64,000 bases of DNA from NCBI GenBank assembly GCA_965217035.1, contig OZ244226.1:2400146-2464145 (forward strand). Reading direction: 5' to 3'. This DNA is from Bacteriovoracaceae bacterium. GTDB lineage: Bacteria; Bdellovibrionota; Bacteriovoracia; Bacteriovoracales; Bacteriovoracaceae. A model generated the notes under the pieces. The model was not told where the DNA came from, searched no databases, and saw only the letters and a list, made by a program, of their open reading frames with translations. The position numbers and the translations under genes are program-made. This document shows positions 1-9,294 of this stretch, one piece after another; position 1 is the stretch's first letter; each line of letters opens with the position of its first letter.

Positions 1-1
1 T

Positions 2-202
2 GAAAGTAAAGAGAATAACATTCAATTAAAACAACAAACAACAGAAGAAGAGTATGTAAAATTTAGAACCGAAAGAGATAAAAAACTTTCTACACCAAAA
101 CTTCTACTTCCGAGCATTCAAGTGAATATCGATGGAGGGAAGCTACCTTCAGCTGAAGATAATGAAGTTAGTTATCTTAAAATTCCAGTGAGGAACAAGT
201 AA
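2..202 (+). CDS. MBL-fold persulfide dioxygenase (PDO/Blh type), C-terminal fragment
   Basis: Manual translation gives ...YVKFRTERDKKLSTPKLLLPSIQVNIDGGKLPSAEDNEVSYLKIPVRNK*, the typical PDO C-terminus; its TAA overlaps the next ATG. Confidence 0.8.
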   Translation, partial: ESKENNIQLKQQTTEEEYVKFRTERDKKLSTPKLLLPSIQVNIDGGKLPSAEDNEVSYLKIPVRNK

Positions 203-618
203 TGAATGGTACGATCATAGTCCCTCTCTTAGGAGGAGTATTTATTGGTTTGTCTAGTGCTCTTATGATGCTCCTTTTGGGGAGGATTACTGGAATCAGC
301 GGTATTCTAGCAACTTCTTTTTCAAGTTTTAATGATCGCAATGAAGACTGGAGAAGATTCTTCATTTTTGGTTTATTCCTGGGAGGAATATTCTTAAAAC
401 AATTCTTTCCAAGTCACTTTGAATTTGAAATATCAACCTCTTTATCCAAAATTATCATTGCAGGATTATTGGTTGGCTTTGGAACAAGACTAGGAAGTGG
501 CTGCACTTCTGGGCATGGGGTTTGCGGATTACCACGATTTTCTAAAAGATCATTTGTGGCGACATTAACTTTTATGCTCTCTGGGGTGACTACTGTTTTA
601 ATAATGAGGTTTGTATGA
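202..618 (+). CDS. YeeE/YedE family sulfur-compound transporter subunit
   Basis: GRITGISG and GFGTRLGSGCTSGHGVCG motifs; hydrophobic. Confidence 0.9.
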   Translation: MNGTIIVPLLGGVFIGLSSALMMLLLGRITGISGILATSFSSFNDRNEDWRRFFIFGLFLGGIFLKQFFPSHFEFEISTSLSKIIIAGLLVGFGTRLGSGCTSGHGVCGLPRFSKRSFVATLTFMLSGVTTVLIMRFV

Positions 619-1028
619 ATAGTTTAATATCTCTTTTGCTAGGAGTTTTGTTTGCAGTAGGACTGGTAATTTCAGGAATGATAAACCCAGAGAAAGTAAT
701 TGGTTTTCTCGATGTTTTCGGGAACTGGGATCATTCGCTTGCTTTTGTCATGGGGGGAGCCGTTGGTTTACAGTTTATTCTCTTGCCGATAATTTTTTTA
801 AAGAAACCTGTGTTTTCAAAAGTTTTTTATTTGCCGAAAAAAAATGATCTAGAACCAAGTCTTATCATTGGTTCTGCGTTATTTGGAATAGGTTGGGGGA
901 TTGCTGGAGTTTGCCCGGGACCTGCTATTGTCAATATAGCAAGGTTTGATTCTCAAAGTATTGTGTTTATGATCGTAATGCTCATTGGGATGTTTCTACA
1001 TTCGATCTTAAAAAGGAAATTGTCATGA
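615..1028 (+). CDS. YeeE/YedE family partner subunit
   Basis: SGMINPEKVIGFLD and FGIGWGIAGVCPGP motifs; ATGA overlap. Confidence 0.9.
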   Translation: MNSLISLLLGVLFAVGLVISGMINPEKVIGFLDVFGNWDHSLAFVMGGAVGLQFILLPIIFLKKPVFSKVFYLPKKNDLEPSLIIGSALFGIGWGIAGVCPGPAIVNIARFDSQSIVFMIVMLIGMFLHSILKRKLS

Positions 1029-1513
1029 ATAAGCTAGACTTAACAGACATAGAAGAAAGTATTGAAATAAATGGCTTTAATCATTTTTCACGAGTAGATA
1101 ATATTTTCTGTTCATCAAAGATCACAGATGAAAAACAAGTTTCTGATTTAAAAAAGTTCAATATAAAAAAAGTAGTTGATTTGAAACTAGAAGATGAAAC
1201 AAGCTTTGATGATCAAAAAGTGATGACTTCGAATGGATTAAATTACATTCACTTCCCTGTGAGTAGCTTTGATAGTATTGCTTTTGAAAATCTTCAGAAG
1301 TTTTCAGAGTATATAGAGAGTAGTGATCAAAATATTTTAGTTTATTGTATGTCTTCAAATAGAGTTGGTGCAATGTTATCTTTATATCTAGCGAAGATAT
1401 GTGGACATCCTAAAAAAAGAGCTATTGAAATTGGCACTAAAATGGGTATGAAAAGAGAGTCGCTGCAGGAAAAAATAATGGAAATTATAAAGTACGAAGA
1501 AGTTACAACATGA
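1025..1513 (+). CDS. DUF442/protein-tyrosine-phosphatase-like sulfurtransferase
   Basis: CX5R loop (YCMSSNR); lies in the PDO-YeeE operon. Confidence 0.7.
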   Translation: MNKLDLTDIEESIEINGFNHFSRVDNIFCSSKITDEKQVSDLKKFNIKKVVDLKLEDETSFDDQKVMTSNGLNYIHFPVSSFDSIAFENLQKFSEYIESSDQNILVYCMSSNRVGAMLSLYLAKICGHPKKRAIEIGTKMGMKRESLQEKIMEIIKYEEVTT

Positions 1514-2085
1514 AAAAAATTATAATTGCCGGAGCTGACTCTGGAGAAACCTGTGTTACTGAGAAGAGCTTAAAAAGGAATATCTTTCTTATTTTGTTTT
1601 CTTTATTATCAAATATTTCATATGCATCTGAAAAACAAGCACTAGACTTGATTAAGTCTTTAGGTAAGGATCTCCAAAAAGAGTTAAAAAAAGGGCTGAA
1701 AAAATCAACAGTGGGGGCCTTAAGGGCCTGTAACTTAAAAGCTCCTGTGATAGCTGATAAGTATAGTCTAGACAATATTCATGTGGGCCGAGTCAGTATA
1801 AAAAATAGAAGTCCTCAAAATGTACCAAAAAAATGGATGTTTGAGACCATTAATTTATACCACTCTGGAAAAATTAAAAATGGATATAAAGTTGTCAAAA
1901 TAAGTCACGGTAGAAAAGGAATTTTAAAGCCTATTAAAACAATGCCCGTTTGTCTTCAATGTCACGGAATAAATATTTCAACTAATGTAAAAACTGAAAT
2001 AAGTAAATTTTATCCCAAGGATAAGGCAACTGGATTTAAGGTTGGAAGTATTCGAGGTTTTTTTTGGGCTGAGTATAGCGAGTAA
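1510..2085 (+). CDS. DUF3365/Tll0287-like exported c-type heme protein
   Basis: Signal-like segment, ACNLKA, RVSIKNRSP, CLQCH heme motif, YPKDKATGFKVGSIRG; the true start may be a little downstream. Confidence 0.85.
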   Translation: MKKIIIAGADSGETCVTEKSLKRNIFLILFSLLSNISYASEKQALDLIKSLGKDLQKELKKGLKKSTVGALRACNLKAPVIADKYSLDNIHVGRVSIKNRSPQNVPKKWMFETINLYHSGKIKNGYKVVKISHGRKGILKPIKTMPVCLQCHGINISTNVKTEISKFYPKDKATGFKVGSIRGFFWAEYSE

Positions 2086-2114
2086 GTATGCTTGATGATT
2101 TGAGGAGTTATGAA

Positions 2115-2300
<186 letters not shown>

Positions 2301-2856
2301 AATTGAATCAATTCGAACAGACACACTTAATTAAGGTTAGTCAATAAACTTACCGAGAAGCTTTTATAAAATCTGTAGTTAGTATTATTATCATTTTACT
2401 CATAAATTCATGTTCTCAATATCTTACGAGGAAACAAAGAAAGATAGTCGCTCATAAAAATGGTAAGTTGTGAAGCAAATCAATTATCAATTATTATTCG
2501 CATTAGTAAGGTCGAAGTCTTGAGTTTTTTCTTTTCTTAAAAATATTAGTAGCTAAAAACGACATAAAATCTCTTAACCGCGGATAGATTTCTCTCTAGC
2601 CAACTTCGAGTGTACTGTCCTGAATCAAGGCTACGCAATACTTTCGACACACATAAAAGGAACTTCCGAAGAAGACCCTTTAAAACACATCTCACAGGTC
2701 CAAGATTATTCAACTGAAAATTTCATACGATAAAAGTGTGATATCTATTCTTACCATCTATGTTTTTTACTTTTGAATTTATAAGAAATTAAAAAAACTC
2801 AAACTCATTTATAAATTAATACAAATAAGTTTGAGCTCATTAGAATAAAAAATGAA

Positions 2857-3963
2857 TCAGTAGAGACTCTCTATTTTATCTCGTGAAGCGCGGTATTTTT
2901 CTTCGTTAATAGGATAATTGCAAGTAATCGATTTAAAAATCTTCATTTTTTCTTTTGGATTATATGGTCTTCCAAAGAAATTTAAACTCAAACTTGACTC
3001 TCCCATATAGTAACCGCCATTTTTACGTATATAAGTTCCCCAAATATATTCATTCAAATCCCCATTTATTAGCCGAGGACTGATGATCTTAGGAAACATA
3101 TAAGAAAGTTCCTTATGCGTCTTTTTTTCTATTTTGAAAGACAAAGCTTTAGCATGCCGAACTAATTTTTCAGCTGCCGCTTGCTCTTCTCGACTATGAT
3201 AACGCTTGTCAGGGTTATCATATTTTCTAACAAACTTTTTACAAAACAAGTTGGCAATCCTTTTCTTATTTGCTCCCCAAGGAGGCATATTATTTGAATG
3301 AAGGATAAAAGGTCTTGAAAAGTGGGCGGGGTATTCAATAAAAGTTGGCGTTTCCTTTAACCTTCTGATTCTCTTTTTAATAGCCAGTTTTAAAACTTTC
3401 TTCTCCTCTAAGTAATCTGTAATCTGACTAGATAAAGAATAGTCCGAGTCCGATTTATTATTTCGTTCTAGGCGAGCCAGACCTGCATATTCATGGTGAA
3501 CCTGTTGATATTGCTCAGAATCTGATAATTCCCAAAACTTTTCTTTAGAGCAAACAATATAAGCCTCACCATCTTCAATATAGCCTTTACAAACCTTAGG
3601 ACTACCATAGACGATAGTATTAAGGTTTCTTTTAGATGGATTCTTTTCTCTGCGATTAAAAGCAGTAATTGTAACTGCTCCTGGCAATAAGGCTTCTAAC
3701 ATACCATAAACCCCTTTTTTAGCATTGCCATATAAATAATCAGAATAGTTTATTTTTCCTGAAAATCTTAAATCTCGAGCTCCCCCCTGATTAATCCATT
3801 CCAAAATATCATCACGAATATCCTTAATTCTTCTTTCTGTTTTTAGGTCGCCACCTCCTCCCGACTCGCTTCCTCCTGATCTTTTGACAAAAGGATTAAT
3901 ACTTTTTTGAGCGAATAGACTCAAAGACGAAAATAATACTAGTATGAAAATAATAGCCTTCAT
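2857..3963 (-). CDS. Secreted hypothetical protein with GGSESGGGGD N-terminal motif
   Basis: Signal peptide MKAIIFILVLFSSLSLFA; Gly-rich motif; HHE motif; start overlaps the upstream regulator's stop. Confidence 0.7.
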   Translation of the reverse strand: MKAIIFILVLFSSLSLFAQKSINPFVKRSGGSESGGGGDLKTERRIKDIRDDILEWINQGGARDLRFSGKINYSDYLYGNAKKGVYGMLEALLPGAVTITAFNRREKNPSKRNLNTIVYGSPKVCKGYIEDGEAYIVCSKEKFWELSDSEQYQQVHHEYAGLARLERNNKSDSDYSLSSQITDYLEEKKVLKLAIKKRIRRLKETPTFIEYPAHFSRPFILHSNNMPPWGANKKRIANLFCKKFVRKYDNPDKRYHSREEQAAAEKLVRHAKALSFKIEKKTHKELSYMFPKIISPRLINGDLNEYIWGTYIRKNGGYYMGESSLSLNFFGRPYNPKEKMKIFKSITCNYPINEEKYRASRDKIESLY

Positions 3964-4769
3964 GATAACTCCTTACTTTTTTTACTTATCGGATATAGTT
4001 GAATACCTAGTTGATAAACTCGTGTCTGCTTGCCTTTCCCCATTAGCATGGCGAGCTCTCTTCTAAATTTTTTAATAAGATCTCTAGCCTCATCAAGTCG
4101 CTCCTCATTAACTGAGAAGGTAATCCCAGTAATGTCTTTTTCCATTTGAGGAGTATCATCAATAGCCTTAAGGCCCATTTTTAAAATACTTCTTTGCATT
4201 TTCTTAAGAGCTTCAGAGGTTACTCCCTCTGAGAAATTAGTGATAAAAACTTCAGTTTTAATGAGGTAGCCATTTTCTTCAACAAGTAAACCTAGTCGAA
4301 TTAATCTTTCAATGCCAATACTAGCCTCAGCAGTAGTAATATTAAGTTTATTAGCAATCCAGCGAGCAGAGTTTTTAAAATCCTGCACAAAAGTTAATTC
4401 GAGAATAGCGTAGTGATACCAATCAGCAATGATGGCAAAAGCATCAAGCGTTAACTGTTTTGCTTCAATTTGTTGCTGCTCAGCTAATGGTATTTTATTA
4501 CGTACCCCTCTCTGGTTTGCATATCGCAACAAAGCTTCTTGCTCCGATGGCTCAGCTCCCAGTATATTGCATAACTTTTGCACCATTTTAGCGGAGATCT
4601 TCCGTTTTCCTGATAAAATTTGAGAAACAGTAGAGGCTTCCATACCTAAAAGATTTGAAAATGCCCTAAGTGAGTACCGAGTATTTCTTTGGCACCTTTT
4701 AGTGAACTCTCGGGAGAGCCAAATTCGATAACTCAGAACTGTCATTTCACTATTTTCAAAGACTTTCAT
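3960..4769 (-). CDS. TIGR02147/DUF4423 family HTH protein
   Basis: YSLRAFSNLLG...SQILSGKR HTH, IADWYHYAILEL, VYQLGIQLYP. Confidence 0.85.
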   Translation of the reverse strand: MKVFENSEMTVLSYRIWLSREFTKRCQRNTRYSLRAFSNLLGMEASTVSQILSGKRKISAKMVQKLCNILGAEPSEQEALLRYANQRGVRNKIPLAEQQQIEAKQLTLDAFAIIADWYHYAILELTFVQDFKNSARWIANKLNITTAEASIGIERLIRLGLLVEENGYLIKTEVFITNFSEGVTSEALKKMQRSILKMGLKAIDDTPQMEKDITGITFSVNEERLDEARDLIKKFRRELAMLMGKGKQTRVYQLGIQLYPISKKSKELS

Positions 4770-4909
4770 GCTACCTATATAGTACTTAACAATGTTCGTT
4801 ACAATTAAAATGTAAATAAGTGTGGCATTTCACTTTGCTCTATGTATTTATTTTAGACTATCCCTAAAATAATAAATTTATGGAATTCAATAAGACGAAC
4901 TTAATGAGT

Positions 4910-4944
4910 AAAAAAAAGAGGCTGGTCGCATCCTCCCAGCCTCT
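4910..4944 (-). terminator. Rho-independent terminator
   Basis: AGAGGCTGG/CCAGCCTCT stem followed by a U-run on the minus strand, downstream of 5084..5452. Confidence 0.65.
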
Positions 4945-5083
4945 ATGAGTAATATGAATTTGTAATTCTAAAATTATCTTTGCTCACAACTAAGTTATTA
5001 ATACTATTTTTTCTAGAAATTACTGCTTTACGTATTTTGATTAGGGTATTAGTTGTTTTTTAGTGAGGAAATCATATTTTTAA

Positions 5084-5452
5084 CTACTTTAATCCTAAAC
5101 TTTCTCCTAGTTCTTTGATGCTCTCTTTTAACTCAAGCATATTTTGAAGCTTTCCTCCTGCAAAATAATTGATTCGAGACCTCTTATGAGTAAATGAAAT
5201 TTTTGACTCAATTGAGGTACATATATCAGTACCTGAAAGTTGAGAAAGTTCGATGAGCATATCTTCAACTTGTCGACCACTATAATGCCATTCGAACCAT
5301 GAACCCGTTGTTAACTCAATAGAAGATTCTCCATATTGCTCATAATTTTTCGATTGCAAGTGGTCGATGCAATCTTCATAATTTCTATCTGAAATTTTTG
5401 CAATAGAACTTAAGCTTGAAATAGTTAAAAAAAACATTAATAATTTCTTCAT
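5084..5452 (-). CDS. Secreted hypothetical protein
   Basis: RBS GGAGGT; signal peptide MKKLLMFFLTISSLSSIA; two Cys. Confidence 0.7.
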   Translation of the reverse strand: MKKLLMFFLTISSLSSIAKISDRNYEDCIDHLQSKNYEQYGESSIELTTGSWFEWHYSGRQVEDMLIELSQLSGTDICTSIESKISFTHKRSRINYFAGGKLQNMLELKESIKELGESLGLK

Positions 5453-5636
5453 TTTTACCTCCTGAGCTTTCACTCATCATTTTAGATATTACCCTAAAAC
5501 TACTATCTTTTTTCTTAAGAAGAGCCTAGGACCAGATTAATAATAGGTACGATAGCATTTATAAAATTGAGAATGCTTTTAAATCACTTTTTCAAAAACA
5601 TTTTCAGAAGCAATGAAACACAAGTCTTAAAAAAAA

Positions 5637-6113
5637 TCATGGCTTTAAAAAATCTTCAATAGAGAACTTATCTGCCACTTCAATTGTACAGCCTGACAAA
5701 ATTAAATAATTACTTTTAGAATCATCTGGGCTATTAGCACTTAAGGAATTGTAGTAAAACTCGACAGGACTACCCTCTTCTAATCTGAACTTAACTCTAG
5801 CTTTTTCAATCATCATATACTTTTTCTTCTCCTTTTTTTCTAAAACTCGAAGAAAAACAAAGTCAGGTGTTTGTTTTTCAACTTGCAATTCAAAAACAAA
5901 ATTTTCTCCCTCTGTAATGTTTCCTATTCTAAACTCTCCATGGTAAGGAGCAAGAGGAACATTCACTCGAGTAATCTGTCCTTTATTTTCGATTACACCA
6001 GAAGAAGTTACTGTTTGGTATCTTCCATACTTTTTGCTGCAATCAATCTTCCATTCAGTTGCTGTAGCGAAGATCGTTGTCAACATTGATAAAATTACTA
6101 ATACATTTTTCAT
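5637..6113 (-). CDS. Secreted hypothetical protein
   Basis: RBS AAAGGAG; signal peptide MKNVLVILSMLTTIFATA. Confidence 0.7.
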   Translation of the reverse strand: MKNVLVILSMLTTIFATATEWKIDCSKKYGRYQTVTSSGVIENKGQITRVNVPLAPYHGEFRIGNITEGENFVFELQVEKQTPDFVFLRVLEKKEKKKYMMIEKARVKFRLEEGSPVEFYYNSLSANSPDDSKSNYLILSGCTIEVADKFSIEDFLKP

Positions 6114-6709
6114 TTTTTCTCCTTTGTTTTTTTGGTAACGGATTTTTAACATTGCCCAAAAAACAAATCAATGAGACTTATTAAGAAGTGTGGCAATAAG
6201 AATTGCCGTCTATCTTTTTTACTTACTATGGGAGCTTCCTATTTAATATTAGTTTTCAACTACGCTCTCCTGTATCTAGAACAGATTAAACATTAATTAA
6301 AATATCGAATATAGAAACTTTGATCGGGTTGAAGAATACAAAATTTTTATTCTAGGAAATCAGTTTATAAAAGAGATCCCTAACAATTGTCTTTCCGATT
6401 ATGATCTTCAAAGATATGGCAATGATGGGTGGGAGCTTGCTCAGTCAATCAATACGATGGCAGTTCAAATATGGGGAGATATACTAAAGCGGAGAAATAT
6501 TTTTTAAAAAGAAACAAAAAATACGCCTTTACTCGCTTGTGCCAGGACTTAAAGAACTATTAGAGTTGTAATTCGGAAAGATGCTTAATCCAAGACAAAG
6601 AAACGAGATACATTAAAACTTAGTCTTAACCCTTTCTTGCTCGAAGAGAATTAGAAAGAAAGGCATTTTAACTGTTATTTGAGATCAAGTAGAGCCAGCG
6701 ACTCGGCTT

Positions 6710-6910
6710 CTATTGTTTCCCATAAACTCGATCATAAATTAGGTCTAGTTTTGTGCCTGTGAGCTTTTGAGTATGAGGGGTAAGCTTGCTAGAGCCTTTA
6801 TGATATCTTTTTAGGGTCTCAGTTTTAAGCTCTCTCAAAAAGAGGATGATAGTTCCACCAAGTAAGATAACTCCGAAAAAGTCTTGAAGCGCTGAAATTA
6901 TATTACCCAT
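6710..6910 (-). CDS. Small single-pass membrane hypothetical protein
   Basis: MGNIISALQDFFGVILLGGTIILF hydrophobic segment, then a basic tail. Confidence 0.45.
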   Translation of the reverse strand: MGNIISALQDFFGVILLGGTIILFLRELKTETLKRYHKGSSKLTPHTQKLTGTKLDLIYDRVYGKQ

Positions 6911-7057
6911 GATTTTCCCCTTGGATTTTTCGTTTAATAATGATTTCGGACTTTCCCTCAACAAGAATCTCTGGAGAGAGCTGTATTGGTTTCGATTTTT
7001 CATTAGATAAACCAAGGACAATCTCATCGAGGCTGATTTCAAGTTGATTAGCCATTT

Positions 7058-7402
7058 TTAAACTAGCTCTAAACCTCGAGGTTTCACGCCATATAGATAA
7101 CTGTGAAAGGTTGAATTAGGAATATCTAACTCTTTGGCCAAGACGAGTCGAGAAGTATTTGGTCTAGAAGAAAGAGTTTCAAGATACTCTTTAATTTTGA
7201 TTTCGCGCTTAAGCATAAGTGAACTCCTTGAAATTCGAGTTTCAAGGTCATTTTCAGCTTCCAGAACTTTTGCGATCGTCCAACGAGAGCATTTAAACCT
7301 TATGGCAATCGTGTTTTGAGATAAATCTAATTTCCGCAATCTCGTGACCTCATCCTTGTTAACTCGGAAAGGTCGCCAGTTCATCTCATAGTCCTGAACC
7401 AC
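7058..7402 (-). CDS. Putative DNA-binding protein with two HTH-like motifs
   Basis: LSQNTIAIRFKCSRWTIAKVL and SRLVLAKELDIPNSTFHSYL. Confidence 0.55.
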   Translation of the reverse strand: MVQDYEMNWRPFRVNKDEVTRLRKLDLSQNTIAIRFKCSRWTIAKVLEAENDLETRISRSSLMLKREIKIKEYLETLSSRPNTSRLVLAKELDIPNSTFHSYLYGVKPRGLELV

Positions 7403-7524
7403 TGTCAGACCGTGTTCACCTATCTTGCTATGAATCGCGCCAGAAAATATAAGGTCCTTTTTTATGCGCGGTTAAAGAGATCTCATATCGACTTAATGGT
7501 AAAGTTTCATTAAGACTAAATAAA

Positions 7525-8313
7525 TTACAAAGATGACTTAATAGTCGCTGCAATCCACTTATGAGCTATTGCCACACGAGAAAACACGTCTCGTTGACTT
7601 TCATCTTTTGCCCAACTAACAATACCAACTAAAACTTGTTCTCCATTTTTATTAAGAGTCGTGACAGGTGAACCAGAGTCTCCTACTTCTGTATTGCTCA
7701 TTGTTGAGAAAAATGGATATTGAGCTAGATCAGGGAAGATATGAGAGTACTTACTCGTATTCGAAATAGCTACAAGCATTGAGTTTGTAATCCAATTACC
7801 TGTTTCTATTTTTCCAAAGGTTTTCACAAAGTGTTTTTCAGCTTTTTTATTAGATTCTACTTTAAGCACAGCTCTTCTGAGTAACAAAGGAGAGGCATAG
7901 ACTCCTGGACGTCTCCCGTATACAAAAACTTTTTTCCTTTTGATAAGAGATCTCTCTGTATCTTTTTTTATGGGTTGTATGGACTTGTCGTTAAAATCTA
8001 ATTCATCTTCAAGCTCAATGAGAGCAAAGTCGTACTCCATTGTTTTTGCTTTATAGTTCGGATGCTTGATTTTTCTTTTTATGCGAAACTTCTTAGCTTT
8101 AGAAGAGAAGGAATCAAGATGCCCAGCTATTGCATGAGAATAGATAGGGCAATGAGCCGCAGTCAATATCCACCTTTTATTAATGATAGCTCCTCCACAA
8201 TTACCTAAGGCAACAACAAAAGGAGCATCTTGAATACTCTGAACTTTTTTACCGATAACACTAAAAGCTGAAAAGCTAATGAATCCGAGTAACGAGAAAA
8301 TAATTGCTTTCAT
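7525..8313 (-). CDS. Secreted trypsin-like (S1) serine protease
   Basis: Triad motifs TAAHC, YDFAL, GDSGSP; signal peptide MKAIIFSLLGFISFSAFS. Confidence 0.9.
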   Translation of the reverse strand: MKAIIFSLLGFISFSAFSVIGKKVQSIQDAPFVVALGNCGGAIINKRWILTAAHCPIYSHAIAGHLDSFSSKAKKFRIKRKIKHPNYKAKTMEYDFALIELEDELDFNDKSIQPIKKDTERSLIKRKKVFVYGRRPGVYASPLLLRRAVLKVESNKKAEKHFVKTFGKIETGNWITNSMLVAISNTSKYSHIFPDLAQYPFFSTMSNTEVGDSGSPVTTLNKNGEQVLVGIVSWAKDESQRDVFSRVAIAHKWIAATIKSSL

Positions 8314-9294
8314 AGTAATTACCCTTTTTTTAGTATGGTCCGTGTATTTTTTATTTTTGAGTGCAATAAAAAAGTTAAATTCGACATCTCCTGTCGAATT
8401 TTTTCGGATACTAACATGACTAAAAAGAAAAACTATGAGAATGTAAGAGATTTTAGCGATAATTGTACACAGATTTGAGAACAGAAAGAGCATGATTAAG
8501 TGTTTGTTCTTTATCTGACTTTTAGCTTTCTAGCGAAGTAAATATTTGTAAAGACGCTTTTAAAAGCTTTATCGACTTGACTTTTTTTCTTGCTAAAAAT
8601 TCTTTATATCTAAAAAACTCAAAAAGAGTTTAGAGCAAACGAAAGACCTGGAAGTTGAATCGCCAAATTTGATCTAGATAATGACTGAAAAATAAAATAA
8701 AAGAAGAAAGCCTGCATTGATTTCGCTGGCCTTTGTTTTTTAGCTAATTGTTAAAACTCAAAGCAGTATGAGTGGTGAAAAAAATTAGAATCTCACCACA
8801 GGTATTAGAAGTGGGGAAGGTTTAATCTGTTCTTCATTTATGATCTTGGGGGTGACTTGAAGGCCCTTCTTAAATTTCGACATCAAGGTTTTTTTCAATT
8901 CCTTCTACTTCTTCCTTCTGATGTGGACCTCTCGTTCTTTGGCAGCTCTTAAACTATTAACGACTCTCGCTTTGTGATTGCTCCTTGGTAAATAAAGTCT
9001 TACATGATCGGAAAATTGGATCAGATTGTGTCGATTAGATAATTTATAGATCAATCAAGCCTAGGGAGAGCAGATCTCGTCATAAAAAAATGGGAAAAGA
9101 ATCTGATGATTATTATCTTGTTTTATCGAAAAAACGCCTCATTTTTTTTAAAATTTATCTAATTTTATAAAGATTTAACTCAAATTCTAATAAGTTTAGT
9201 CAGCTTTAATCATTATTAGTTATAAAATTTTAAGGAAGTGATATTTTATTCCGATTAGAATAAGTAATCTTCCTTTAAAGTTTGGGGTATCCTT

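Noticed and set aside
4822..4838. Sigma54 promoter (TGGCA...TTGC)
   Set aside because: GG-N11-GC spacing is off by one, and it points away from the adjacent gene.
6330..6530. DUF4177-like fragment (YGNDGWELAQS...KYFLKR)
   Set aside because: Needs frameshifts and has no clear start; too little signal to call.
8786..9006. Minus-strand basic reading frame with one internal stop
   Set aside because: No recognisable family, start codon or RBS.
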